Shown one piece after another: positions 12,629 to 29,700 of a DNA stretch of 64,000 nucleotides (position 1 is the first letter of the stretch; the number at the start of each line of letters is the position of its first letter). The notes below the pieces were generated by a model. The model was given only the letters and a program-made list of their open reading frames with translations, was not told the origin of the DNA and made no database searches. The stretch is from Nageia nagi. Its lineage: Eukaryota; Plantae; Pinophyta. Where the stretch lies: the NCBI GenBank assembly GCA_050084985.1, contig JBITNC010000001.1, positions 173,972,001 through 174,036,000 on the forward strand, read 5' to 3'. The position numbers were made by a program, and so were the translations under genes.

Positions 12629-15600
12629 ATGGTGAAAACTCATTCTCAAAGAGCTCGTCAAGAGCAAGAACCTCAAGACGAGTATGATCTAAAAGAAAGA
12701 AAAATTCATAGGTCTAGTAGGAATCAATTAAGAAGAGAAACACCTCGATATGGAAACCTTGGGGCATATCAAGATCTTATTGATAATGATTTGTATGATA
12801 TTATACAATGTCTAACACAATTAAGAAGCCCTTAATCTTTTCTTCATACTCATACTTATAGTCTTCCCTTAGATTTGGAATATTTAAGAAAAGATAAACA
12901 ATAAATAACAAAAGAAACAAAAATTGTAGAAGATAATGAGGAAGGAAATGCTCCTCCTTAAAGAATACAATCATTTGATACTATATTACAAAGAGGTCCT
13001 TATAGACCTAAGTATAATCATGTCACAATATTTACCAAATGGAAACTTATTCCAATCATATTTAAGAAGAGCGGATTATTCACTTTACACAATATCAAGA
13101 CAAATGGAAGAATTTGATGATCAAATTTTCAAACATTCAGGAACTCAAATACCTAAAGCAAGAAACCCTTTGCATGGGTATGATAATCCTTTTCATATCC
13201 TAAAATCATATACACCATATCCTTTATCATGACATAGAAGGGCTAATCAATAACAAGAAGCTCAACATAATTTATTAAAATTTAAGTTGCAATAAATACT
13301 TGCTTATCCTTATAAAAAATAATATGTGCCTCAAGGTAATGTGTAACAACAAAAATAAATATTGGCTCAATATGATCATTAAAAGGAAAATCCAATTAAT
13401 TTTACTAAACAAAATTAAGTGCAAGCTCAACCTGTGTCTAATGTACATCAAAGTAAATATGCTACAACATACCATTATAATAAGCAAAATATTCAAAATC
13501 AAAATCAAGTTGGGTTTGATCAAAGGTTGAATAGAGAGAATAAAGGAAAACTTAAGGCATGATTGTTATCACCATAAGGCCATGAAGTATATAGATATTA
13601 AGATCCTTTTTTTGCTAAGAAATAAGAAATTTCACTCGGGATTAGGTAAAATGAACTTAAAAGATATCATTACCTCCACGTAAGGATAAAGGAAAAGAAT
13701 ATCAACCTCCTTGACCACCATTTCCTCCCTAAACACATCGTTAAAATCCACCTCAAACATCACCATATGATGAGGTTTATTATGATCCAAGAACATCTTC
13801 TGAATAAGGGTATAGACCTTTTCAAGGATATGAAGAAGAAGCATATCCAAGAAATGTAGAATAGCCTATGTACTTGCAAAATCAACCAAAGGAAAAGGCA
13901 ACAATTGAAGATGATAACTTTTGTGAAAGGTTAAAAGAAATAAAAAGGGACATATGTATGTGAGGTAAATAAAAAATATCTTATGAAATAATTTGTAATG
14001 AACCAATTCATCCTAGTATTCCTAAAAAGGAAATTTCTTTTAAATTCAAAATTCTAAAAAATTAAACCATTTAAAAGAAAGGAAGATCCTAAAGAACATT
14101 TAAGAGGATTTAAATATTCAAGTTATATAATTGCTAATGATGATGCACTAATGCTACGTATCTTTCATATGACACTTATTGTTCAAGCAATGAATTGGTA
14201 TAATAATTTACTAGAATATAGTATTAGTTTATACTCTCAATAGGAAAATGTGTTCTTAGAATATTTTAAGATTAATATCAAAGATAAGACTTCCATCACT
14301 GATCTCACAAGGTTACAACAATTTCCTGATGAGTCAATTACTAATTTTATCTCATGATGGAGGGTGATATTAACAACTATGCCTTACACTTTGCCTTGAG
14401 AGGAATTGATTAAATTATTTATTCAAACTTGTTTGAGACTTATTGCTAGTGCATTGTTAATGCAACAACATAAAACTTTTGAAGAAACTACTTCTCAAGT
14501 AGTAATAATTGAAAAAGTTAAATTCCAAGATGGAGAAATAAAAACTAAAAAATGATAAGATTATACTAAAAATAAAAATCAAACAACGGAAACAAATAAA
14601 CAATTACCAGCTAATAAGGTCTCTATTATAAAAGAATTGGAACCATATCCACCTCAAAATGTGGAAAGGGATTCTAGATCTAAAAGAAAGTTCTCACCTT
14701 TGTCAGAATCTCTTTATGATATTTTGAAAAAACTATGTGACCATCAAATAATCACTTTTCTTGATATAAGACAAAAACATCCAAAGACTAAAGAAAGTAG
14801 ATGGTACAATGAAAATGAATTTTTTCACTACCATCATCAAAGGGGTCATGATACATATATATGTAGAACATTTAAAAATATAGTTCAAGATTTAATTGAT
14901 AATGGAATGTTTGTGGTTGATAATCTTGTTGCAATTCCTAATCAAAATTTAGGGATTTATTAAAATCCACTTCCACAACATCAAACTAATAATGTTTCAC
15001 TACATCCACATGAAAATCAAGTTACACATAAATGGAGTTATGATAATTCAACATTCATATGAATTATTAGTGTTGCTACAAGAGCTCAAAAATTATAGGG
15101 GAGGAAAAATATTATACAAAACAATCAATAAGATAAGGTTTATATGTAACCATATATACCTAAGCCACAACCTCCCAAAGTTTCTGTTAAAGAAGCTTTG
15201 CATCAATAATTAAAAAATTCACAAGTAAAAATGTTATTATTTGAATGATTACAACAATCTAAATATCATAGAGATGCAACGAATCAATTATTACAAACAA
15301 TTAAAATATATATGTAAATGATTCTGAAAGCTTTATATCCTTTGTGAAAAATATTAAAACAAGTGAAAAATCCATTATTGCTTTCTATGATCATGAAATA
15401 AAGTATTCAAATGGGACAAAAGGTTAAGATCCACCTTTGCATATCATAACCAAAGTTGATGGAAAAACATTTAAAAGAATCTTAATTGATGAAGGCTCAA
15501 CCATAAACATTATTTCAATGGTTGCATATAAGAATCTAAATCTTACCTTCTCACACATTTTAGTACTATCCACCCAAATAAAAACATTTAATTATGCTTT

Positions 15601-18600
15601 ATGTTTGATAATAGGATTAATCACATTATCTATTACTGTGGGATCAAAAATGATGCAAACTTTATCACAAGTTATTGAAGGGGATATTACACAATATAAT
15701 ATTCTTTTAGGAAGACCTTGTATTAGAGATATGTAATGTGTCTCATCAACATATCATAATAGTTTAAAATATATTCATGAAGGAGTAGTACATTGTGTGC
15801 CTAATCATGAAAATATATATTCACATTGTAACACTACTTACATGCCAAATGATGTATTCTTACCCTCTACTCATTTTTTCATAGCACATATACCAACAAA
15901 TGAACTGTTGGTAGTTGATGTGGGTAAAGATAATCACAAATCTTCAAATACTTTAAAAGAAAAATTAACTATTGATCAACATAATTCATCTAATACTCAT
16001 CAAAATATTGATAATATTCCATAACCAAGAATAAACACAACACCACAAGAGAGGGATTATTGGGAAGAAAGAGCCTATAAATTGAATGAGTTAAATAAAA
16101 CATCTTCATTAAAAGATTTTTCCAAAGTAAATATCTCATCAAAAAATGATGATGATGAAGAATATAATTAATCATCAAATATTTATCCTATAACAATAAA
16201 GTTATCTGACTTGGGTATAGGGGAATATGATATTGATGATGTAATATTTATTATTTCTTCTACTCAAGATATTGGACAACCTAATGAATCCCCTAGTGTG
16301 GTGGGATAATTAATACCATTAAGAAGTGCTCCTAATCAAACACTCTTTGTATATGTAGGCCCTATAGTATAATCATCAATTCCTTTACCTAAACCACATG
16401 AAGGTGTATTTTGTAATTCATTAGAATATTTATCACCTTTTGTACGATCTTTTTTTCAAAGATATTTTAATAGATGTCAATGGAAAAGACATGGTTTAGG
16501 TCATTATGAATAAGGGCCTAGATATATAATTGATATTCATCATCAACTACCAACTAATAAAATAGGATTGGTATATAAAGAAAAAATAGGAGAGAATCTC
16601 ATGCAAAAATAGTTTAATTAGAACCTCAAAGTCTTGAATATGAAAATCTAATTGAAGACTTTGAAAGGATAGAAAATCATACTATTACAGAATTAGAAAC
16701 ATTAATACCTAAAAATATATTCTTCAATATTGTTTCAATTAATATGGTTCATAATGAGGAAATATTTAATTTAAAATTAAAAGAAATCTCTTTTGATTGC
16801 TCTAGAAGTGATGAGTTTAAGTAATTAATTCCATTAGATTCAGAAGAATCTACATCAAATTTTCTTATATATGAAAATACTGTAGATTTTACGTTCATCT
16901 CTAAAAAACCAACAATATAAGAATTTAAATATATAAATATTATATTCCAAACATTTGAACCCACAATAAATACAACCCTTAATGAGAAAGATTTGGGTGA
17001 ATATGAGGAATATAATCAAGATGATAAAAATTGGATTCTAGTACCTAGTCAACTAGAAGAAGAATCCCATATGTTAATAGAAGAAATAATCAAAATGTAT
17101 TTAAATGATGATCCTAGCAATCCAAAAAGTGTTCAATTATGAAAATCCTTAAATGAAGATGAAAGATAAAAGTTTATATCCATTCTCAACCAAAAATAAA
17201 AAGCATGTGCATGATCATATGCAAATATGTCTGGATTGGATTCAAACTTGGTAGTACACAATTTAGGTCTTAAAGAAGATGCTAAGACAAACAAGAAAAA
17301 ATTATAAAAAATGCATCCTATAATAGAATTAATAGTAAAATAAGAATTACAAAAGTTGTTGGAAGTAAAATTTATACAACTAATTGATTATTCTAATTAG
17401 CTTTCCAATATGGTTCCAATTAAAAAGCCTAATGGTAAGATTTGTATTTGTACAAATTTTAGAGATCTAAATAAGGCTTACCCAAAAGATGATTTTATAC
17501 TTCTAAATATTGATAATTTGGTTGATTCCACTATCATACATGAAATTTTATCACTCATGGATGGATTTTTTGGTTACAATCAAATAAAAGTAGCTACAAA
17601 ATATGAACATAAAATAGCTTTTACAACACCATGGGGAATATTTTGTTACAAAGTAGTGTCTTTTGATTTGAAACATGTTGGAGCTACTTATCATCGCGTA
17701 ATTAAATATATCTTTCATGATTACATACATGACATTGTGGAAGATTATGTGAATGATTTATTAGCTAAGTCTAAAACTGGAAAAGATCATCTAGAAGTAC
17801 TTATAAAAATCTTTTATAAGATATTGAAATATAATGTTCTATTAAATCCAAAGAAATGTGTTTTTGGAGTCACTTCAAGAAAGTTATTAGATTTTATAGT
17901 TTCAAGATGAGGTATTGAAATAGACCCAAAAAAAATAAAATCCATAGTAAATATGCCTTCTCCTTCAAACATAAAATAATTACAAAGTTTATAAGGAAAG
18001 CTACAAGCCATAAGATACTTCATATCATAATTATCTAATAAATGTAAACCTTTTAATAAATTATTAAAAAAGGGAATTATATTTGATTGAGGAAAATAAC
18101 AACAAGAAGCATTTGAAGAAATAAAATGTTATCTCATATCACCTCCAGTTTTTATTCCTCCAAGAGAAAAAGAACCATTTTTACATTATTCATCTACCAT
18201 AGAATCTGCTTTAGGAATGATGCTTGCTTAAAAGGACAAAAATTACAAAGAACAAGTCATATACTATCTTAGTATAACTCTAGTTGATTATGAGACAAGA
18301 TATGTATACATAGAAAAATTACGTTTAGTAGTAGTCTTCGCAACAAAAAAACTTAGACACTACATGTTAAATCATACAACTTATGTGATTGCTAAAGCAG
18401 ATCCATTAAAATATATGATGAACAAAACCTATCAAAATTCTAGGAAATCTAAATGGATTATGTATTTAATGAAATTTGATTTACAATTTATAAGCCAAAA
18501 ATCCATTAAGGGTCAATTCATAGTTGATTATCTTGAATAAGCACCATTACAAGATGATCAGCCTCTCATAATTGAATTACCATATAAACATTTTTTCCAA

Positions 18601-20279
18601 TTAGATGAAATTAAAATTATTTTTGATCCTAAAGAAGAATGGGATATTGTAATTTATTTTGATGATTCTTAGTGTGAACAAAGTGGAGGTGTTGGTGTTG
18701 TATTTATTACAACACAAGGAGTGCCAATACCATAATATTTCAAGCTTAACTTTCCATATACAAATAATAATGTTGAATATGAAGCTTTAATATTAGCTAT
18801 GAAGATTGTCATAAAACTAAAAATAAGAAAAGCAAAATTTATTAGAGATTCATTATTAATCGTAAATCAAGTTAAAGGAATATTCCAATGTAAAGAACCT
18901 TTGCTTCAAAAATATAAAACATTGGTGGATACTCTATTACAATCATTTGAAAAATATGAGATAGAGGCAACACCTAGATTAACAAATAGGTTTGCTAATT
19001 CTATGGCATCACTTAGATCTTTAATACCATAAGATCCTCATCGATGAGCTATTCACATTGAAATAATTTAATTCCCACAATCTTCATTGGAAATGGATAA
19101 TGTGAAATATGAAGTTCTTCACATTACAATAGAAGATAAAAATTTATGACATATTAAATTAGTTAAATTCTTGAGAGATGGAGTTTCACCTCTTGATTTA
19201 ACAAAATCAGCTAGAAAAACATTCAAATTAAAAGCTTCTCACTATTTTATGTTAGAATATGTTCTATATCATAGAGGTTTTGATGGAATATTATTTGGAT
19301 GTTTGAAGTGGTCATATTCACAATTTACAATCTCATGTGCACATGATGGAATATGCAGAGGACACTTTAGTGGTCTATCCATCATGAAACAACTAATGCA
19401 CATGGGATATTATTAGCCTATAATGGAGCATGATAGCTATAGAATATTTTACCTCTTCAAGTGGGCACAAATTTATAATAATAGCTATAGAATATTTCAC
19501 AAAATGATTCAAAGCTATCTCTATGATTTCTATAAAAGGTATAAAAATAGTAAAATTCATAGAACATCATATCATATGTCATTTTGAAATTTCAACTCAA
19601 ATTATCACAAATAATGGAAAGAATTTCAAAACTAAAGTATTAGCCATATGTAAAGGATACCATATGAGGAATAGTTTCTTAACACTATATTATCCCAAGG
19701 GAAATGGACAAGTTGAAGCTACAAATAAAAATATTCAGAGTATCTTGCAAAAAATAATTAATAATTTCCATAGAGATTAGCATGTAAGAATTTCACATGC
19801 TTTATGGACATATTGCACTAGCATTAGAACTCCTACTAGAGCAACTCCATTCTCTTTACTTTATGAGGCATAATCAGTATTGGCTCTAGAAATAGAAATC
19901 CCCTCTCTACAAATTGCTTTGCAAGATTACATCAAAGACAAAGAAGCTTGTTAAGCATGATTAGATCAATTATTGTTATTAGATAAGAGATGAGTTCATG
20001 CGAACTAGAGCATATGCAAACTTATCAAAATCACATTAAAAGAGCTTTTGAAAAAAGGTTAAAATTCATGAATTTAATATAGGAGACCTAGTTCTTAAAA
20101 AAAATCAACAAACTTCATGAATGGAACGTAAACTTCATGATAAATTTGCTCCTAATTGATTAAAACTATATATCATTAAGAAAAAATTTGGCTCGAGAGT
20201 ATATCATTTAGCTGATATGGAAGGAAATGATGAGCATGAACCCATAAACATCATGCATCTTCATCCTTTCTATAGTTAA
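12629..20279 (+). pseudogene. gag-pol of element C (gag, protease, G-patch, RT, RNase H, additional RNase H, integrase)
   Basis: MVKTHSQ start; protease RILIDEGSTINI...YNILLGRP (15437-15736); RT MVPIKKPNGKICICTNFRDLNKA...LMDGFFGYNQI...EDYVNDLL (17410-17910); integrase HDGICRGHF and YYPKGNGQVEATNK with an internal deletion near 19440-19490. Confidence 0.95.
18649..19032 (+). pseudogene. Additional (archaeal-type) RNase H domain diagnostic of Tat elements
   Basis: IYFDDS...GGVGVVFIT..G...TNNNVEYEALILAM...IRDSLLIVNQVKG...NRFANSMA, located between RNase H and integrase. Confidence 0.88.
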
Positions 20280-22766
20280 AAATATTTTATGTCATATTGT
20301 GAATATAGTTAAAATAGAAAAAATGTTACATAATGAACTTATAAGAATAAATGAATTAGATAGATGGCAACAAAGAGGAGCAAAAGTGTTCACTTATCAT
20401 CGAAAGGAAGAGGGATATGACAAATACCATGGTTTAAAAAGTCAAGGTATTTAGGAGGTAGAGCTATAACCCAATTGATTCAATTCACTTTTCGAGGGTC
20501 TCAAAACTTTCTTCCACTACCCATAAACATAAAGAGGAATTTAACCTTGAAGAATTATCCAGGTAAATATGATGGATAAGAAATATGTGATAAGGAGACA
20601 AGCTTGATATATGTAAAATATATATAGGGTTATGTACTTTCTATGCTTTTGGAATTATCAAAAACAAATGCATAAAATAAATTTGTTATGCTTATATTGG
20701 CCTACCGCAATACCTAGAATCATACTAGATTATACTTTCAATAATTAGGTTTTAGATATTACATCTCATAATCAACAAAATCTAGATCCAATTATAAGTT
20801 GTATAAATCATATTGCAGGAGATCTATGTCATCAAAAATTAATATATGATTTTTCTGCCATATTTGTGTTCAAACCTCAATGATAATAAAATATTAAACA
20901 AAAGCTAAACCAACAGTTTTCTCATCTCAATTTGAGGTTGCTTCTCCCTCATTTTTGTAATAATCAATGAAAATATTTAAAAAGGAGATGTTTATATGAA
21001 ATTACTTCAAAAACACCCTTCTACACTTATTGCTCATTTTCTTTCTTTACCAAGAGAAATACAAAAAGTGTTAGCCATGAAATATTTTGAGAATCGTACA
21101 TCAAATGCATGGACACTAAATATGAATGATCTAAAGGTTGTAATTGAAGTAAAAGTACAAGAAATGTGAATTAACAAAAATGTGAAATTAGTTCACTACA
21201 TTGGTTTCATCTACACTGACCTTATGATAAACCTAAAATATTGTTGAATTATGTTGAACATGCCAATTTCAAATTTATGGGACATTCAATCGCTCAAAAT
21301 AAAGTTATTTATAATCAAGTAATGTCCTATATCATCCTATCCATTACAAATGATGAAATCATATTTAATTATAGTTCATTATTTAGCAAAAACTATTATG
21401 GAAATAATCCTATGAGTGTAAAAGCGTGATTCAAGCGAATCACTCAATGACTTAATTAAAGAAAACAAGTTAAAAAACAAAGTGTGAAACATCATCCAAT
21501 GTGTATAGAGATTGTGGGTGTTATTTTAGTTATTGAAAATTCGATCCCATAAATTCCATTCCTGCTCTCTTTATTACCATCGATACTACCATTACCTATT
21601 TCATTATATCCTATGTATATACCATCCTTCTTAAAACTCTCTAAAGTACATAATGAAGCATCACCTTCATCTATCAAAACTAAGAGGGTTATTAGAAAGT
21701 TTAAACCAAAACCTACACCATCACCTAAAAAAGTACCTCCACCACTCATTTCATACCTCATTCATTTTCAACCATCCATCCTTGGATGATATCCCACTCA
21801 TCTTCAATTGAGACCCCCTTATTATTACTTTTTTATTCGTGGGCATTGGATTATTCATAAGAGATCCAGTTGACGATGCCACTCAAGAATTGTCAATCAC
21901 TTTACATCGTGATAAAAAAAGTGAAATGAAAAATGAGTGTTAAAATAAAAAATAAAGCAAAAAAATACAAAACAAAATAAAAATAAGAAAATATCAAAAT
22001 TATACCAAAAATATTATTTACATATTATTGTTTGTGTGTGTGTATATATATATTGCTTGAAATATTTTGCATGCATTATTATCAAATTCATGCAAATAAA
22101 GCTATATATATTCTTTTTTACATAAGCTCTTAGTAGTTTATAAATTTTACAAATATAATATTATAGGTAAGCATTTACACATGACACATATATGTCATGA
22201 ACCATCCTCATTGTATTTCCGAATCTACCAATAAACCTATATTTTATCCATTTCAAGTGTCACCCATTAGTTAGGAATTGTCTTCTCCCCATATCATGTG
22301 TTCACCATGTACATTTTCCAGTACACATGTAGATAGATATGTCCCATCAAAAAATGTAGATCTAAATCATTTTCATGAGTTACTTGATTGTATTCAACAT
22401 AAAATCTTTTCTATGGCAACATTTTCCAAGTACTCTTGATAGATCTAATCTAGCATTTAGTGACTTAGATGGTTCTTTATATGCAAGTTTTGTAATCAAT
22501 CATGAACCATGCTAGGGAAATTATTTTATTTATGATATACTTGATGAATAATTTCTCAAAAATCTTATTTATTTTCTTTTCAAACAATATTTTATATGGA
22601 AGATTTCAATCAATGCACATGTCAACACATTTGTATGTCGACTCATTACATTTCTTGGACCCCCATCACTACACCCCCATGATTCATTTGATACACTCAT
22701 CATATTCCATATAATATCATAAAATATTGTTATTGGGATTCCATAGTTTCTTTTGTTGTTACACAT

Positions 22767-23937
22767 CACCCAACCCATTGATCCATCAATCATTCCCTTT
22801 GTACACGATGTCATTTCCATACCATAGCTCATAGTCAGTTATTGCAATGCTTCATATGACATGGATTTAATCATGGAGAGTAAAATGAAGATTAGAACCA
22901 CAAAAAATAATAAAAATAAAAATATTTAAAAAATACATTAAAAAAATGATTTTTTTATAAAAACATAAAAAATTATGTATATATATGTACACTCAAAAAT
23001 TATATTTTTGGAGCATCTTGGCTATTGGGTACATTTCCCTATATACCTATACCATTTCATCATGTTCATTATACTTTTTTTATGTGTTTCATTGTCACAT
23101 GATTATTGAGTTTCAAACACGATGGTTTACTAACTTACCAAATGAATTCCACATCCATTAACATATCATTTGTATATATACATGTATATACAAATAAAGA
23201 AGTAGTTCATGGACTTAATATTCTTATCCAATTTTGTTAAAATATCTTTTGTGAAGTTTTTGAAACTTAGGATGATAAATAAACATAACTTTGATCCATT
23301 TCAAGATATTGTGAACTCTTACACCTTCTCATATCTAAATGATCTCCAAATAATCAAAAACAAGATGTTACTTGAGCATAATTTTGAGTAAAAGAGTGAT
23401 TATTCATTCTATTATTTGCTTCATATCGAACCCAAGAATCATTCCAAAAAAAAAAGATACAAGATTCAAAAAATAAAAAATCATAAAAGAAAAAAATATG
23501 CAAAAAATAATAAATTACATAATTCTTGGGTGATTACAGTATCCTCTACCGAAGATATGGACGTTTGACTAGCAATAGAGTAAGGTTGTAATGGGATCTA
23601 GGGCTTAATCCTCATTAGGACTATGGATGCCTGTCTGGAAGTGGGGTATTCCTTAAGAGTGGTGACATATAAAATCTATATGATGGATCTCTGTGCATTT
23701 CATAATGATGAATTAACTTATATATTTTATGCTCATGAAACATTAAGTCGAGATCATCTAGAGATGAAAATGAACATCATTGCACACACACAAGTTCATA
23801 GTAGGTTTGTATGTATTATAACTTTGTTTTATATCATCCCTAGTAGATAAAACCTAAACAAAGATTATTTTATGAAATTAGTTTATATATTTTATTTATA
23901 ACACTTCTTTATCATATTATATACCCATTGTCATTTG

Positions 23938-23973
<36 letters not shown>

Positions 23974-24337
23974 TATAATCTTGGTAAGTTAGTCAAATGT
24001 TACTTTTTGACACTTAAATAGTTATACCATCCACATATCCATTTTCATAAAGTTTACATTCATAATTTCATCCATTCATACCAACCTATAAATGTGTTAC
24101 CATATTACTTATGATTAAAACCATGTGTATAAAATAATCAAGAATGGAAAATGATGATATCTTATTTTGTACTTTTTTAATTAAAATCTTGTCCTAATTA
24201 TATTTAAATCATTACAAGTATATAATAATAAAATTACACCATTTTTTTAATTTTATTAAATGATCTAAGACTAAAATATTTTAACATCATATCATTCATC
24301 CATCATCATCACATGATACAAAATAATCCATCCATAA
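22767..24337 (+). repeat. Internal direct repeat A (about 1.6 kb), copy 1
   Basis: Colinear with 25067-26709; ORFs 23209-23391 and 25611-25793 are near-identical. Confidence 0.92.
23939..23968. repeat. (TA)15 microsatellite
   Basis: Direct reading. Confidence 0.95.
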
Positions 24338-24565
24338 AAAATAATAAGCGAAAAACTACTCTAACATGTTAGGATAGAATCAAATCGCATATCATCATCT
24401 TATCCACATATGATAATTAATCAAAGGAATTTTTGAACATTCACATATGTGAAATTGTAGATTTATCATCAATTAAACATTATATCACAATAGCATATAG
24501 AGTTGGTAAAAATAAACTCAACAACTACTCATCGTAAAACCATAACATAAAAATAAATTGATCAT

Positions 24566-25066
24566 ATATCAAAAAATCATCATCATAACATAGTTCTTCC
24601 ATCCAATCACATCAATATACCATCATCATGATAAAAAATAAAAGTATCACCAATCAAAAAATATAATTCCATAAGCATATCAAATTCTAATAATAATATC
24701 ATAATATCTAAAAGCCTCCAAAATCAAGGGCATCATCCTGACCACTAGTCTCTCCATCGTGGCCACTAGTCTCACCAACATCCAGTACTCTCTATGTTGA
24801 TGGACTATCCAAACTCCTCTCTTTGCCACTTGTTTGAAGCTTTATAGAAGAAATTCGATGATGAAAGGATATAGTTGTGGCACTCCTACTAGGAATTACC
24901 TAAATCCTACCTCTCGCTCACTGTGTACTGGCACCACCATAAGTATCACTACTTGTTGGATGAGTTAGAGCATGAATATCCAATAGAAAATAACCTGGAG
25001 GAGGTATGGGGTAGTCTAAACTTGGACAATATTCAGGAACACCCATAAGCCATGTGTAAGAAACCC

Positions 25067-25067
<1 letters not shown>
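24566..25067 (+). repeat. Internal direct repeat P (about 0.5 kb), a partial copy of the 3' end of the antisense PMD gene at 31017-31519
   Basis: Shared strings such as ccatcgtggccactagtctcaccaacatcca and taacctggaggaggtatggggtagtctaaacttgga. Confidence 0.92.
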
Positions 25068-26709
<1,642 letters not shown>

Positions 26710-29700
26710 CTCATCATCTTATTCTATACATCCAAAATCCTAAATTTCATACGTAATTTTTTTTTAATTTAGTTTAAACACTTCAAAGATCTAGGAATGG
26801 ATTTAGACAATCCACATGAGCTTGTCAATGCTGCTAGCTAGTCAACACCCACATGGCAAGATTGAATAAAGATCATATTATCCAACCCTAATTAAATTTA
26901 TTCTAGTGTTCACTCCACAACGTTCATCTCGTTGAGAAGATACCTTAAATGTGACCCCACCATTTCCACTTCACAAACTATGTAGCAGACATTTTGGACA
27001 TGATGTAGTGGTTTCCTACTTGGGGCCCATATCATCTGAGAGAACATACATCCACTACGTTACACATCCTCACCCGATGATAACCATCTAACTCAAAGGA
27101 GTAGATAGTTTATCCTAGGTAAACTTCCTTATGAATGGGAAATGGCATCACCTATGGAATAGTTGTCATACTCCCATATGCTTAAATGCATGTAGTATGA
27201 CTACTAAATTACTTTCACCCAATAACCATAGTTTTATCGATTGCTATCCTCATCTGACACCCTGTCGAGGATATGAGATACTAACCTACCCATATCTATC
27301 GACTAGGCTCACCATGGAATTCGGCATCCTCATGCCCATATCTTGGGGAGCCATGGGTATCAAAACAATACCCGCGAGTGTTTTGTATAGTGTAATTAAT
27401 TTTAATAATATTATAAAAACCACTCATGACCTAATGATACCATATTGTATGCAAAAAGACTCAAAACAAATTATTTAGGTAGCCATAAGAGATCTGTAGA
27501 TTTATAAATATACCATACACATGGTACTACATAATTAATATCACTTTATAAAAGTTCTCATATTGATATGTAGTAGCGTGCCTTAAGATGACACTAAAGT
27601 CAGCTACTATTATAAAAGAAGTGCAGCACGAAGTGGTCTATACTCAAGAAATATTCTTTTGGAGTTTCATTTAGTGAGGGAGGTTCAACTAACAAATATT
27701 CTCTATAATTTTCATTCATTATCAAATTCGTGCAAAAATCTCCTTTTTGGTCGAACCAATTCCTTAGGTGTGACTCTTTCATCTAGGTTGTTGTCAAGTT
27801 CATCTTTCCCCTTCTAATCATTATTATAAGATCAATCATGTATTTATGAATTGATATTAAGTTTCAACATACACTTCTATACTTGATTGATAACCTATCA
27901 CACTATAAGTATTTCATTTATTAATCCTCTTTAAATTCATTTTTGATCCTTATTAAGATTCAAGGATTCCTAATATTCAACAATATTTTCTTCTCAATGA
28001 GGACTATATGTGTATGTTCTAAGAATATTAGAATTACCTTGATAAGGTTTCACTTACCATGTAGTATTGTACTAAATTCTCAATTCATCTACAAGGATTT
28101 AATATTAATAGCAATCCATATAGATGATCTAACTTTAATCCCTTTTTCTATGGTATTACTGAGATCTACTCTTAACCATAAATAAAGACTAAGACTATAA
28201 AGTTGTTCAATAATTTCTTGCATTGTAAGGGTGCTAACGTTGATCCATGCATTAAAGTTTACTCCACCTATAAAAGTCAAATTGATACAGTAATAACCAT
28301 AAGAATTCTTTATCATCCTTCACAATATGCTTGTATTATCCCTTGCTTTCATATGGGACTATAGTTCTTGTTTTAACATATATGAGACTTCAAAAGAACA
28401 CATTAAAGAATAGAGTTGTTTACATATAATTACTAATGAAAGTGTTGCCAAATTTTGCATTCAACTAAAAATAGATACATAATGATTTTACTGAAGAAAA
28501 GTTGACTTAATAATGATTTAATTCACTTTTTGTTATTCATGTCCTTGTACTACCTCATATAGTTCCTAATAAATAATTTCAAAAGATTACAATATAGAAT
28601 AAAATAGATCATATATCCATTAAATTAACTTTAAGAGGTTCTATCAAACTTGAATTCCACTAACTTATTACATGAAGATATTAAAATGAGGATAACCCTA
28701 ATCACTTACATGAGGGTCCTTTACAATATAAAACTAGCAATTTCATGGAAGAGAATCCAAAGCTTGATCTTGATCTTTGTTCTCTGGCATAGATCCCTCT
28801 TCGATCTCTTGATATAAAATCTCCTTCATCTTTGAGCTTCTTTCCTAGTATCAATGTAAATTGGGCCGAGTACTAGGAATAGTATAGATTTTAAGGATCA
28901 GGACATCCCTTTTTCAATCTATGACCTTAATGCAAATGATATACACACACCATCTCATTCTTCATAATTATTCTATGGACCTCATGAGGTTTTAAATCCT
29001 TTCTAGGACTACCTCCATTCCTTGGTCTTATGATAAAATCTTACCCACAATTCAAGAAATACAAGATCATAGCAAATTCATGGGTTAACTTTAAAAATAT
29101 ACTATCTAATTGAACAAGTGATATTTCCTTACGTAAATTTTTACCCTTAAGAGTTATCTCGTAACTAAGCATAACAACGATACTAATATCAAAATAACTT
29201 TTATCAAGGTATTGTATCTAATAAATGTTGAAACATATATTGAATAATTCCTTTCAAAAATACATGGTACCTGATTTTTTTAAGAAATATCTTACTACAT
29301 CTTATATCTACCTTATTAAGGTAATATATTAATCAATCTAAAATTTGACCGCCACATATTATTATTACCAATTAGATAATTGGCAATTGTTGAGTAATAC
29401 GAAAGACTTACCTTTTTAATGGTTCTCCAAAATTAATTTAACGGGAATTCATAAAAGGTAGCCATAATCCATAAGCTTATTCTTTAATGAAAGTAGGAAG
29501 AGTACGTAACAGACATTCCTAATTATATAACGTTATTTGATAGTGGAAAATGAACGTAGTATTTTCCACAGATCTAAATCAAGGGACGATTTAAATCAAT
29601 ACATCGTAGATCTATTTGATCCAATTATAAGGCTACGCAGGAAATGGAGATAACAGCGATTCTTTTCATAATTTCCATGAACTTGTTAGAGTACGACAAC

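Noticed and set aside
28230-28325. F-box-like motif DKEFLWLLLYQFDFYRWSKL*CMDQR*H on the minus strand
   Set aside because: Too short and degenerate to support without a profile search.
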